Source: Harriotta raleighana
Lineage: Eukaryota
Direction of reading: 5' to 3'
DNA: 64,000 bases
Assembly: GCA_050575255.1 (NCBI GenBank)
Contig: JBNZDD010013326.1
Coordinates: 1-64,000, forward strand
Every line of letters begins with the position of its first letter. Positions within the stretch are counted from its first letter, which is position 1. Position numbers and translations under genes: made by a program. Shown here piece after piece: positions 28,001 through 43,000 of the stretch. The notes beneath the pieces are model-generated. The model did no database searches. It had not been told where the DNA came from and was given only the letters and a program-made list of their open reading frames with translations.

Positions 28001-31000
28001 AATGTCAAGCTTCATCTGAGGCAAGTACATGGCGGTATGTTCTTTCGCCTTGTTACTCAACATCTTTAGCCCACTTTAGTGCTCCAAATTGAGCTTTATG
28101 AAGCCGATAGTAAATAGCGACTCACTTATAGGGATGCGACTCCAAGGTCCCTCTGGAATACACAAACAAGCATTATTCAGAAGGGAAGAGTAAAGGAAAT
28201 AACTGGATATTGGGGAATATCACAACAAAATGGCGACCATATATACTATCGCTGCTGGGAATTACTGCTGTGCAAACACAGCACAAGTAGAAGATGGCAC
28301 CTGAAAATATAACAAGAGTGTGTCTCACCTGTCGGCCATTGTTCAGGAATGTTTGCTGAGAAAGAAAGAATAAAATAGTCAGTGCTGCAAGTTAGATGGT
28401 TCTGCACCTCCAAGTGTACAGCACATCCACAATATGGCTCGTGCCCCAGCTGATAAATAAGATCTTCCACAAAGACATTTACTGGCAATTACTTTTTTAA
28501 TTAAAGTGAATTGGAAGCTGCCATTGTCAATCTTTGACTGTAAACAGACTACGTTTAACCTGTTTGTGTACCCTGTCCATTCACACTCTGAGAAAGCATG
28601 GTCAGGTAAACTCAACAGAATTGTATTGTAGTTTCAGTGAAATTCACAACATACAGCACTAAACCTTGTAGACACAGTGATAAAATGATTCTGGTTATTG
28701 TTTTGAAGGGATTATTATTCTTATTACAGGATAACTTACTGCGAGGTGAATAGAGACAAATCAAGTAATATAAATTGACAAATTATTCACTCTGCCAAGA
28801 AATAAAATCCTGATCCTCTCACTTGTGACCCCTATGTGTATGCCCATGATATGAGTCACTCCCATTCCTGTGTGAACCTGATAGCTTCTGATTCATTTGT
28901 CGCAAAATTAATTCAATTCCATCTAACTTATTATTTAAATGGTAAGAAAATAATCTGTAACAAAAATGAAAAGGAACTGGGGATCCTACTGGATAATAAA
29001 TTGAAGCTATACCAATAGTTTATCTTCTACTAAGAAGTTCAAACAGAGGGCGTGCGTTTGAAAGTGGCTAAATTTAGCAAAATTCTGTGGAAGCACTCAG
29101 TGAGCCTTCAATAAACTAAAGCAACAAGTTTCCTTGGGTGGTTGTGGAGGCAGAAAATATTGTATCCTTGAAGAGGAAAATAACATCTCAAGATTTGATA
29201 AAACATTTCCAATACGACATGTGAAGCCACTGTCAAGATGCTTGAAGGTGACTTAGATGGATGTTTGCTTTCTTTCGCTTCGCAAATCCTTAATCATTGG
29301 AAGTGAAAGCTGACAATGAAAATGCACATCTGATTTCATCTGTCATTTGAATTCAAATAGCCCAAATTCCACCCCGTTCCATCATTCATTGGGCCATTGC
29401 TGGCTCCAGTCTCACACTTCAATATCAAGCTTCATCTGAGGCCAATACAAGGTGGTGCTGCTCTCTCGTTTGCTCCTCAATATCAAGGCCATTTTAAGGC
29501 TGCAACTGGAATTGTATGAAGCAGATATTAAAAACCAATTAGCAATTGTATATAGCAGTTTCACAGAAATAGTCGTGGATTACATGACAAAATTATTGTA
29601 AATATTTTTCAAATGATTGTTGATTCCTGTTGTCTACAGAGTTAACAGAGCTTTTATTGGGCAGAGGGAAAATTTAATTATTTGTCAATTATTCACCCTG
29701 CGCAGATATCAAATGCTGATACTTTCACCTGCGAGGCAAGCATTCTAACCAACTGAGCTGCAGTACTCCACATCTTAGTTCTCAACTTAAGGCAGCTGGG
29801 AATTCTATATTTGAATGACATTTAACATATTCAGCATGAGTTAAGTTCGGTAACTAGGAAACAACTCACGGAATGGCTGGTAAGGTTCAACTGCAAAAGA
29901 AAGCACAGATCATTTGGAGTGAAACACGCAACACAAGGATGAAACACGTGATGTAAAAACAAATTGAGTTGAAATGAATTGAACAATTGACTCCAAAAGT
30001 AATACAGACATGTATTGTACAAAACCAGAGTTGAAACTTAGACCAAAGAAAGTAATTCTGCACATCAATCTCAATATGATGGACAATATATTCTGCATTT
30101 CCTGTGCTGTAAGTATAGTAAATAATGCACTCACCAGTTGTTTTAGGTATGGGAGGGGCTGAGAACNATGCACTCACCAGTTGTTTTAGGTGTGGGAGGG
30201 GCTGAGAACGAAAGGAGCAAAAGTCAATACAAAAGTCAATTCCTTGCAGGAAGTGAAAACCAAGAAGGAAAACACACATCTGATCCCAAACACTGAATTC
30301 AAATATTCAAACTACTCCCCAGTCTATCATGCAACGTGCAATTACTCGTTCCAGTTAAACATTACAATATCAAACTGCATCTGAGGCAAAGGTTGTTAAC
30401 ATGGGGGTTAGGCTAGCTAACCTGGATTGGGGTCAGGCTACCCTGGGGCAACATGATGGGTAACATTGGAGGGGTAGTCTGTATAACACGGTAGCAGGAA
30501 CGAAGCTGGTCAGAAATGAAAGGATCTCTGAAGGGAGGTAGATATCCTAGTCTAGCTCTCGGCAGAGTAGACCACAGAAGGAAGCAGATCCAGTTCTTGG
30601 GAACGACAAGCAACACTGCAGCAGAGACAAACATGCCAAGCAAGTCAGAGGTTGTGTTTCATTCTTGGGCCTGCCACAGATCCATACTAGGAGTCCATTG
30701 AGCAACCTCTTGAATACTCATTAGTATCTATCCTGCTGACTTAAATATGCACCTAACATGCATCCAATATGCCAGGACAGCCAGTCATTGCTTAGGCACA
30801 TCTCTTATACCACACAAGGTTTCTTTTATGTACAGAATTATGATTTTTAATGAACCTTTTTAAGATAGCAATTTAGATGGTTTCTGACAAATGCTTCACT
30901 CCCCCGGCACCCCTCTCCAAGTTGCGAAAACCTTACATACTACCTTAAATCCTCCCAGTACTACAGCCATGTCCGATCCTGTAAGGCACAAGAACGAGCT

Positions 31001-34000
31001 ACGGAATGCACCAAGACTTAATCCAAATGAATGATCCATCATCATATTTACCCGGATTACACACAGATCTACCACTCCACCTTTGCCTCTGACAAATCCT
31101 CAGCCAACCCAAGATGATCATGGAAGTCATTGAAACTGCCAGGTTTCTCCTGTGCACCATTAATCACCCCCTCCATCCACCTTTCCAAACCTCGCCCATC
31201 CTTGCCTCCATCTACAAGGAGTTACTAGACTTCCTTGAATCGATAACTGAGGGGATGCATTCGAACATCAAGCAATCCAGAGCCCACTGAGTGGAGGAAA
31301 TAGACAGATTGGTAGAGTGTTAGGAGCTGACCAATATAGGTTTGGGCAAGGCCATGGAGGGCCTCAAAATTGAGGACCACTTTATTTTTGTGGAACCATC
31401 CAAAGACATGGTGTGAACTTACAGATGTGCTTGAATGACATCCAGCTCCATCTCTCTGCTTCACCCTGACTAGCTGTCGGATATCAAGGCCTAGATGAGA
31501 ACTAACTTTCTAAAGTAAAATGTCAATAATACTAAGGACCTCCTGATTGGCTAGCACTAGCGTCAATTCAAGGATAGTTTTTGTAACTGTAGTTTCCTTG
31601 CAGGTAAGAGAGAAGACTTAGCTAAAATAGACTGCAGAAATATATGAAAGGATATGACAGTAGATCAAGAATGGCAAGATGTAGTGCATAATTCCCAGCA
31701 GTCACAATTCGCTTGAGGAATAAAAGTATCACATGAAAGTCATTCTTCCATTGCTAACTAGAGCATTGGGGAAGTCTAAAACTAAAATAAGAGGCCTAAA
31801 ATACTGCGAAAAAGAGCAGTGAACCTGAAGATTCGGAGCACTTCAGGGACCAACAAAGAATAACTAAGAAACTCAATAAGAGGGAGAAAATGGATTATAA
31901 GGGTAAACTAGCTAGGAACATAAAGTTAGATTGTAAGAGCTTCTACAAATACATTAAGAGGAACAGGTTAGAAAAAGTAAATGTGGGTCCATAGCAGGAA
32001 TTATAATAAGCATATGCCATTGTCACAAATATTTTGCTTCTGTCTTCACATTAGAAGACGCAGAAAGTTTACCCATGAATAGAGGTGAACCAAGAGACAA
32101 ATGATAAGTAGCAACTTTGGGTAATTAACTTCAGCAAAAAATTAGGGAAACTGTTTGCATTGAAAAGTGACAAATCCCCTGGATCTGAAGGTCTGCATCC
32201 TAGGGTTTTAAAAGAGGTGGCTGATGATATAGTAGATGTCTTGTGTCTGATCTTCTAAAATTCTCTGGATTCTGAAATGATTCCCATTGATTGGAAGATT
32301 GCAAACGTCATACCACCATTTACCAAGTGTGGGAGAAAAAAGATGGGGAACTATAGACTAGTTAGTCTGAAATGGTAGGGAAAATTCTAGAATCCTTAAT
32401 TAACGATGTCAAAGTGCATTACTTAGAGGACCACTACATGATTAGGCAGTCAACATGGTTTTACAAAATGGAAGCCATGCTTAACAAATCTTTTAGAGTT
32501 TTGTGAGGAGATAACTATCAGATTAGAATGAATAGATGTAGTGTGTTTAGATTTTCAAAAGGCATTCAATAAGGTGCCACGTAAAAGACTGATTCACAAG
32601 ACTAGGGTGCATGGAATTAAAGGCAACATACCAGTGTGAAATGAAGAGTGGTTAACAAGAAAAATACAGAGAATAGGGATAAATAGGTTCTTCTCAGATT
32701 GGCAGGATGTGACTAGTGGAGTTCCACAATTATCAGTATTTGGGCCTCAACTATTTACATCTATATCAATGATCTAGATGAGGACATCAAACTTAAAATA
32801 TCTAAAGTTACAGATTATACTAAACTAGGAAGGGGAGTAAACACCGAGGATGACACAAAATAATGCAACGGGATAGATAGGCTTGATGAGTGGGCAAGAA
32901 GATGACAGGAGAAATATAATGTGGGGAAGTGTGAAGTTATTCACTTAGATAGTAAAAACAGAAAAGCGGATTGTTTTCTGGAAGGGGAAAGACTAGATAG
33001 TGTGAATGTTCAGAGGGACTTGGGTATCCTTGTACACCAGTCACAGAAATTTAGTGTGCAAGTATAGCAAGCAACTAGGGAGGCTAACAGTATGTTGGCA
33101 TTCATTACAAAAGAGTTGGAATATAAGAGTAGGGAATTCTTGCTGCAACTGTATAGGACCCTTGTGAGACCGTAGCTAGAGTATTGTGCGCAGTTTTGTG
33201 TCCTTATTTAAGAAAGGATGTACTCGCCTTGGTGGGGGTACAGTGTAGATTCACTAGGTTGGTACCTGCGATGAGGGGGATGAGTTATGACGATAGGTGG
33301 AGCAATCTAGGCCAATTAAGTGGCATGACAGAGTAGATAATGGGAGGCTATTTCCCCTGGTTGGAGACACTGTAACTAGGTCTTATGATTAGGAGTCAGC
33401 CTTTTCGTACTAAATTGACGAAAAATATTTTAACTCAAAGTGAATTTCTGGAATTCCCTACCCCAAAAGGCTGTATTCAAGAATGAGATTGATAGATTTC
33501 TTATGGATCAAGGGATTTAGGGATATGGGGATAAGGCGGGTGGGTGGAGTTAGATTAGAAGTTCAGCCATGATTTTATTGAACAGCAGAGCAGGCTTGAG
33601 GGGTCGAATGGCCTACTCCTGCTCCTAAATCTTATGTTCTTATTTCAGAACATGGAAGTTTGAGGTGAGAAGAGAAACAGTGGAGGAGGATGGAGGGATC
33701 CAATATATCAAAGACAACAAAGAGGTTGTAGGGCATTTTAAGGCTGCAACTATAGCTCTGTGAAGCAGGTGTTTGAAAACGACTCACTTGAAAGGATAGG
33801 ACTCCAAGGTATCCCTGGAAAACACAAACAAATGTTGGTCAGAGAGGAATAACTAGGATAATCACATCTTCAGTGGTTTACAAATGATCACATCTTCTAC
33901 GAAGTGAAATGTATCCCAGCAGAAGTCAGATGCACAAACTCCATTAGCATTCACCTTCATCATGCAGGATTACTGATTGCTGATTACTACAGTAAAACCT

Positions 34001-37000
34001 TGTTTACGCGGCACACTTGGGAGGGGTGGGGTCGACTAATTCACGGTGCCGGATAAACGAGGGAGAAGTCTCGGAAAACCCGACATAAAAATTTAACTTA
34101 TTTTGAAACATACCATGTTTATTATACACTACATAATAACAGAATATTGTATGGATACTTACCAACAAAGCATTCCAGCAGAATCGGGAAAAAATCGGTA
34201 ACAGTGCATTTTTTACCGATTGGTAAAAAAAAATCTTAACTGCGTAAGTTTACTAAATGCGCATGCGCACACATTACACGCATGCACAAAGTGAGCAAAC
34301 TCGCGATTCTGGAATGGGGAATTATCCTGGTAGGGGGTCGAGCAATTGAATCGAGTCACGGTTGATCGGGTCACAGATAAACAAGGTTTTACTGTATTAG
34401 GTTATCTGAAGCATAAAGCAAAAGGAATCTTCTCAACAGTTTGCAATGCTGGGAATTTAACCCAGGTTTCTCGCTTGTGAGTTATTTGCTCTAGTCACTG
34501 AACTGCAGGAAACCATCAAATTGAAAATTAAATTCAGACACTGCTGGGAATTACACTTGTCCAAACACACAACAAATAAAACCTGCATTCAGAAAAATCA
34601 TATAAGAACCTAAGAATTAGGAGCACAAGTAGGCCGTTCAGCCCTTTGAGCCTGCCCCACCATTCAATAAGATTATGGATGATCTTCTGGCCTAACTCTA
34701 ATTACCTGCCCTATCCCCATATCCCCTAATCAAGGACCAAGCATCTATAGCCTTCTGGGGTAGTGAATAAATTCACTACGCTCTGAGTGAAGAAATGTGT
34801 CTTCAACTCTGTTCTAAAAGTCTGCCACTTAATTTTAAGACAGTGACCCCTGGTTATAGATTCTCCTTCCAGGGGAAACAGTCACTCAGTGTTTACTTTA
34901 TCCAGCCCTTTAAGAATATTATACACCCAAATCCCTTTGAATACTAACAATAGTTAACCTCTCTCCCTCTAGAAAATAATCTATTCTTTTATTTTTGCTA
35001 ACTAGGTGAATAATTTCAGACATGCCAATATTAAATTCCATCTGCCACCTATTTGCCCACTCCCCTAGCGTATCTATATCTTGAGCAATCTTTTTGCATT
35101 ATCCTCAGAGCTCCCTCTCCTACCTAGTTCAGTGTCATCTGCGAATTTAGACACATTACATTCAATGTCCTCGTCCAGATCATTGATGTAAATAGTAAAT
35201 AGCTGAGGCCCAATCACTGATACTTGTGGCACTCCACCAGTTACATGTTAAGTGGATTCCAGATGATCATGTCTTCTGCAAACTGAAATGTATCTCAGCG
35301 GATAATTCAGATGCACAAACCCCATTCCTATACACCTTCATCGGGCAGGATTACTGATCCATCCAAACATTCAAATATAAAACCCAGCACTAAGACAACA
35401 TTCTCACTGCTCTCTGCAATTAATATGTGGAATATATACAAGTGTATATCTCACCTATTGGCAACTGTTCAGGAAAGCTTGCTAAGAAAGAAAGTCAAGT
35501 AACTGCTACAGGAACTGAAATCTGACAACACAAACACAAATTGACTCCAGAACACAGTACAAACATCACAAGCAACTTCCTATTGTTCGGGGTGTTAGGA
35601 TTCTGTTCTGGTGTCAGTGTTCTACAGTCACTAAACATTATCATACTGATCAAATTGATCTTCACAGATCACAAATCAAAATCGTACTGATTTTCACAGT
35701 TTATGATCAGAGTCAAACACCTCAATCCAATTCCCAACCTAAGACAACCAGGAATTCTATATTTCAAAGTAGTTTAACACATTGAGCATCAGTTGTGTTT
35801 TGAAAGTAATAGACGACTCACAGAATGGCTTGTAAGGCTCAATTGCAAAAGACAGAAAAGATCATTTACATTGAAACAGACTAAACAAAGATTACACACT
35901 TGATGCGATAACATAAGAACATAAGAACTAGGAGCAGGAGAAGGCCATTCGGCCGCTCGAGCCTCGCCATTCAATAAGATCATGGCTGATCTGCTAATCT
36001 ATCTCCACCTATCCGCCTTATCACCATATCCCTTTATCTCTTTCTCCAAAAGGAATCCGTCAATCTCAGTCTTCAATATGTTCAAGTACTGAGCATCAAC
36101 AGCACTTTGGGGAAGAGAATTCCATAAATTTACCACCCACTGAGTGAAGAAGCTTTTCCTCAACTCAAGGCGAAAGTGCTGACCCCTAATTTTAAAACTG
36201 TAACTGCTGGTTATAGTTCCTCCACCAGGGGAAACAGTCTCCCACTATCTCTTATGTCATGCCCATTAATAATCTTATAGTTTTCGATAAGATCACCTCT
36301 AATTCTTCTGTTAATTTGAAATGAATTGAATGACGGAATCCACCATTGATAGGCAAACTGGTGTATTGCCAGTGTTGAGATTTAGAACAAAGCTACTTCG
36401 TTCTGTACATGAATCTCAATAAAATCATATAATCAAGTCATACTGCACAGAAGAATTCCAATCGCTGCATTGTGTCTAAACCAGCTCTTTTAAAAGCTCT
36501 ATCCAAATCAGTCTCATAGCCCTGCTCTCTCTCCCCATAACCCTGAAAGCTTGTCCTCCCAAAATAATTATTTAATATTTAATGATTTAGACCCCAATAC
36601 CTCCCTGCTGCATTATAAACCCTAAGAATGTACCATTCATCTTATATTTCTTCTCCTCATTCATCCTCCCAAAATGCATGAATATGCATTTCTCTACATT
36701 AACCTCGATCTGTCGCGTCTCTGCATATTCCACAATCTGTCCATGCCTTCTTCCAGTCTGGCTGCGATTCTCACCATTAACTGTTCTTCCTAGCAGAGTA
36801 TCATCTGCAACTTTGGAAATTCTACTCCCTATACTCAAGTCCATGTCATTATATCATCAATGGTTCATTGGTCAATACATTCTCAATTTCCTGGGCTGTA
36901 AGAACAGTAAACACGGGGCTCACTCACCAGTTGTTTTGGGTGGGGGAGACGCTGGGAAAATAATGGACAGGGTCACAATGACAGAAGATGAAAGAATCCA

Positions 37001-40000
37001 AGGATAACATGCATCTGATCTCAGAACTGAATACAAATATCCCAAGCTGCATGCCAGTGCATTAGGAAATGTGCAGCTACTGGCTCCAGTCCAACACGAA
37101 TATGAACCTTCACTTGAGGTAATTACAAGATAGTGCAGCTCTTTCACTTGTTACCCGATATCAAGTCCATTTTAAGGCGGCAACTTGAGCTGCATGAAGC
37201 TGATATTCAAGAAGTGACTCACTTTGAGGGAAGTGACCCCAAGGTCTCCCTGGAAAACGCAAACAAACATTAGTCAGGTGGGAAGAGTAAATGAATGGAT
37301 ATTGGAGAATATATATAAAGAAATTGGTTCATAGCAAAATGGAGAGCATATACCCATTCCCTCTTGGGAATTACAGCTGTGCAAACTCACAAGTACAAAT
37401 ATCATATATGCATTTCACCTGTCGGCATAGTTCAGGAAAGTTTGATGAGAATGAAAGAATAAAAAGTCATTGCTGCAAGAAAGCTGGTTCTACACCCCTA
37501 TCTGTACACCCAAGACATGGCTTTCTCACATTGGAGCATGTACTTGGTGACAATTAGATAAACTGGGCATGTTCACTCCGGAGAAGATGTTTGAGGGGGT
37601 GGTGTTTATGGTGTTTAAGAATCTGAAGAAGATAGATAATGTAGACCATAACAAGCTACTAAACAATATGCTACTAAACAGTAGAAGCAGAGGTCATACA
37701 ATTGAAAGGAGCTAAATTCAGAACAAATCTGTGAAAACACTCAGTTCTTGTTTAGTAAACAGGCTCCACAGAGTGATAGTGAAAGCAGAAAATATTGTTT
37801 GTTTGGATAACAAATTAAATAGAGTTCTGCTAAAATATAATATCTTAAGATTTAATAAAACATTTGAGACAAAACATATGAAGCCACTGCCAAGTTGGTG
37901 GAAGATGAATTAGATGGATCTTTATTTACTTTTGCTGAGCAAATTCTTAATTATGGAAGCGAAAGCCAACAAGGAAAATACACATCTCATTCGATCTGAC
38001 ATCTGAATTCAGCCCAAATTCCACCCCATCCCATGAAACAGTGGGTCGTTGCTAGCTCCATTCTGACACTTCAATATCAAGCTTCATCTGAGGCCAATAC
38101 AAGGTAGTGCTGCTCTTTCATTTGCTACCGAATATCAAGGCCATTTTAAGGCTGCAACTTCAGCTGTGATCATGAAGGGAGAAAGGAATAGGGGTGCAAT
38201 GCCATGTCAAAGAGGATGGACTTCAGGTGGGAATCAAAGTAGGCTAGGGAGGGGGTGAGGTGGATGGATTGCACCATGGAATTCCACATATTGGGTGCAC
38301 AGTGATGAAATGCATGCTGACCAATGGTGGGGTGGGTAGTCGGTGAACATGGAGAAGACCGGATCCTGCTGAAAGGAGCAAGAGACCAGTTGATAGGGTT
38401 TTCAGTGGTCGCAGATGTAGGGTGGTGCAAGGCCATGGAGGGCATTCAAGTCCATGGAGGGACTTCAAGTTCATGGAGGGACTTCAAGTCCAGGATATCA
38501 AATTGAATCCTCTGCATGTTGTGGACAAGAGTCAAGCGAGGATACGGGTGATAGATTAGTGGAGCCTGGTTCGAGGGACTACATGCGCTACATAATCCTA
38601 CATTGAGTCCTGGATGAGGGACAACTTTCTCCAGTTGAATGACTGCAAAACCGATGCCCTCCTTGCCTCAGCACCTCCGCATCTCAGGCACTGGCAGGAT
38701 CATATAGCGCCCTCCACCCCAGATGGTGTCTCAGAGCGCTTCCCAAAAAAGGATCCCAGGGCTGAGCCAGGGGCAGGGGAAAAAGTTGTCGAAAAGTGAG
38801 GCAAAAGCATTGAGGAAGGGAATTCCAGAGACTAGTGGCGTAGTGGCTGCAGGCAATGGCACCAATGGTGATTCCGCGAATGATTCAGAAAACGAGGAGG
38901 CCACACCCAGGACAGCAAAGGCAATCGGCACTGTTATGATGAGAGAGCAGAGGTCAGAGATGTGTAAAGGAGTGGAGAGAATTGAAATCACGAGTGAGGG
39001 TCTTTAAATCGATCCTCTCTGAGACAGGGAGCCATTGCAGTCTGTCAAGGACTGGTGTATTCAGGGAGAGAAGTTTGGTACATACGAGAATGCGGGCGAA
39101 AGAATTTTGGATAACCTGGATTTTATGAATGAGCAGAGGGGAAAATGGGGAGGAGGGCATTGGAATAGTCCCCCACCGCTCATAAGACAACCTAACTGTT
39201 CTGCGCTTTGGGATGTCCTCCTGATGTGAAAGTCGCTACACAAGTGTAGTTTTGTTGATGTTGGTGTAGTCCAGCCAAGAAATGACAAAAGCATGGAACA
39301 GGGTTTCAGTGGCTTTTGGGCTTAGATACTGGTGTAGACGGGCAATGTGTCAGAGATCAAAGAAGGCGGTGCTGGTTAAGGACCAGATGTGGATGAAGAA
39401 GGATAATTGGGGGTCGAAACATACGCCTAGGTTTTCTTACGGGTTTGGAGAGTTAGGGGCAGGTTGGGTATGTGGAGGAGGTGAGAGCCATAGGAGTGAA
39501 CTTGTTGATGAGAGCCAAAGAGTATACCTTTGATATCGTAAACATTTAGCTGAACTTTGCGCTCATCCATCTCAGGATGTTTGACAGGCAGACTGTCAGA
39601 GCATCGGGTGACCGGGGCTTGCAAATTGAGGTGGAAAAATAGACTTGGGTATCATCCACATACATGAGGAAGCATACCCCATGTTTGAACCTAACATCAC
39701 CAAGAGGGAGCTTCCTCGCCGTAATAATAATAATCATAATATTAATCATAATGATAATCCTTGTATTTGATATAGAATTTTTAACATCTTCTAGATGTTT
39801 CAAAGTGCTTCACAGAATATACTGTAAAGTTAATTGAGTGTATAATTGTGGGCGAAACACAGAAACAATTTGTGCAGTGTGTTCCACAAACAGTCGTGGA
39901 ATTAAATGATCGATTTTATTATGGTTTCTTTTTGAGGGATTATTATTAGGCATGTGAAATAAGGAAATTTGCCTTCGCTGGATTCGAACACAGGTCTCAC

Positions 40001-43000
40001 GTTTGTAAGATGAGTGCTTTAAACATTCATCTACCGGACTCCATGCCATGGAGACGTATAGATCAATGGTTAGAGCACCCCTCAGGGTGCCAAAATCCTT
40101 GTCCATGCATTCGCCACATCAAGGCTCGCCTATGAAAACTCTCTCCTCATCTGCCATCCCCACTCTTCCCTTCATCAAGAACTCTGCAGCTTGTATCCTC
40201 TCCAACACTGAGCTCTACAACCACATCACTCCCGCCTTCACCCAGCTCTACTTGCTCCTGATTCCCCAGAGGATAGAATTCAAGTTTCAACTCTATGTTT
40301 CCTGCCCGACCTATCCTACCATCGGTCAACAGGCTTTGAACATCTAATCCCCCACAATGTGGAACTCCATTCCATAGTCTCTATGCCTCACTTCCTCCCT
40401 GGCCTCCTTCATGGCCGGTCTGAAGACTCTCTTCTTTCACCGTGCCTTCTCCTCCCAACTTCCTCCCTCCCCAATTTACTCACTTGCTTCCCTCCCCCAT
40501 CAGCTGCCCTTTCCTCGGGGCTCAATCTAACTGTACAGTGCTTTGGAATATCTCCCTGAAGTGAAAGACGCTCTATAAATGCATTGTTGTTTGGAGCCAG
40601 AAAGTGCCTGAAGTGCAGAGGCGCAGGCACAATCCACGGTTCCTCAGCCTTGTTGACGTTTAACTTCAGAAAGTTAGATCTCATCCAGGATGATGTCTAA
40701 CATATTGATAGGGAGAGGCAAAGAGATAGAGATGGGTGTCATTCAAGTCATTTGTAAGTTTACTCCATGTCTTTGGATGATGCTACCAACATAGAGGTTA
40801 AAGAGGAGGGCACTTGCGAACAGACCCAGTAGAATATTAGGTGAGATTTTGAGGAGATGTATGAGAAACTTTTGGCAGAAAAATATTGGCGAGATCTAAG
40901 AAATAAGGCCTGAACCATTCAACAACAGAACCTGCAAGATTGAGTTGAGATGAGAGGCAGTGAAAGAAAAAGCATTCATCCATTTTATCAACAAAGAGGC
41001 CACAGGCCTTTTCAAGGCTGTAACTTCAGCTGTGGGAAGCAAATATTTAAATCGACTCACTTGTATGGACGTAACTCCAAGGTCTCCCTGGAAAGCACAA
41101 CCAAATGTTAGTCAAACAGGAATATCAAACAAAATTACTGGATGTTGGAGACTATAAAGGAATAAATGGCTCAGAACAAAATGCAGAACATATCCTGGAA
41201 AATAACACCAGTGCCATCACACAACAAATAGAATATGTGTATACGAAAACACACGATCAATGGATTATAGATGATCAAATCTTCTGCAAACTGAAATGTA
41301 CCCAGCGGAGAATTCAGATTCACAGATCCCACTCACATTTCTCCATATTAAACTTCATTTGCCCTGTGTCTTCTGATTTTACCATTCTGTCTATGTCTTC
41401 TTGCAGTCTGCTCCTATCGTTCTCACTGTTTGCTGTTCTTCCCAGCTCAGTATCATCTGAAAACTTGGAAAATGTACTTCCTAAACCTACGTCCGTCTTA
41501 TTCAACTGGTCAATAATAAATATAGCTCCTGGGTAATCATGGTGCTCACTCACCAGATGATTTAGTTGTCAAAGAGGCTGAGAAAGTAATGAGCAATAGT
41601 TAATAAGATAGAAATAAAAGACAGCAAGGAAAACAAACATCTGATTCCTACACTGAATTCAAGCATCCCAAACTACACTACAGTCCATAATCCAACCTGG
41701 AATTTCTGGCTCCAATCCAACACTTGCATATCAAGCTTACTCTGAGACATATACAAGGTCATTTCTCATATATAGAGCATATAGAGCAATTGTGGGGAGG
41801 AATTCCAAATGTTGGGGGCTGAGTGCCAGAAGTGAGAACAGACAGATGTGTTTTGATGACATGCAGCTCTATCTCTCTGCCACACCCTGAATAGCTGTTG
41901 GACGTCAAGTCCTGGATGGGAACTAACTTTCCAAAGTTAAATGTCAATAATACTGAGAACCAACTGATAGGTTTGTGCAAAGCTACCATTCAAGGACAGA
42001 ACCTGCAAGATTGAGGTGAGAAGACAACTGGTGCAGGAGGACGGAGTGGTCCAATGTATCGAAGGCAGCAAAGAGGTTGCGGGCGATTTTAAGGCTGCAA
42101 CTTCAGCTCTGTGTAGCAGGTATTTGAAAGCAACTCACTTGTATGGATGAGACTCCAAGGTCTCCCTGGAAAAGACAAACAAATGTTAGTCAGACAGGAA
42201 TATCAAAGGAAATTACTGGGGATTGGAGAGTATAAAATTATAAATATTTGTAATCTTTAGTGGATTAAAGATGATGTCTTCTACAAACTGATATGTATCG
42301 CAGCGGAGAGTTCAGATGCACAAACCCCATTTGCATTCACCTTCATGATGCAGAGTTACTGATTGACCCTCGCTTTGTATTTCTCCACATAAAATTTTAT
42401 CTGCCCTCCGCCTACCCATTTTACCAATCTATCTGTCTCCTTGCAGTCTGCTGTAATCATATTGTTTACTACTCCACCTATCTTAGTATTTTCTGCAAAC
42501 ATGGAAAATGTACTTCCTAAACCTAAATCCGTCATTTTCATCTTGTCAATAGTAAATACATTCTGCAGTTCCTGGGTTCTAAGTGGATTATGAGGTGGTG
42601 CTGCTCTCTCGTGTGCTACTCAATATCCAGACCATTTTAAGAGCTCCATGAAGCAGATATAACAAAGCAACTCACTTGTAGGGATGTAATTCGAAGGACC
42701 ACCTGGAAAATACAAGCAAACGCCAATCAGATTGGAAGACCTTGGCAAATCACTGGGTGTTGGAGAATATAGTGAATCAAGCAGCTCATAGTAAAATAGG
42801 TATAATAATAATAATCCTTGCATTTGCATCATGACTTCAAGCCATCTGAAATTGCTTCAAAGAATATACAGTAAACTGAATTGATTGCATATTATATGGG
42901 AGACACGTATCTGCCAGTTACTCACAGCAGAGTCCTGCAAAGGGGCCTGGATTGAGCAACCCAATTATTAATAGATTTTTAAAGGAATCATTACCCCTGA

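Noticed and set aside
28856-28882. Possible 18-nt phase 1-1 exon (also ~44276)
   Set aside because: Weak donor (gtgact/gtgacc) and no pyrimidine tract.
30127-30210. Two adjacent family A exons 19 nt apart, resembling a mutually exclusive pair
   Set aside because: Separated by a single N with a ~40-bp duplicated overlap; most likely one locus, perhaps with a Thr/Ile allelic variant.
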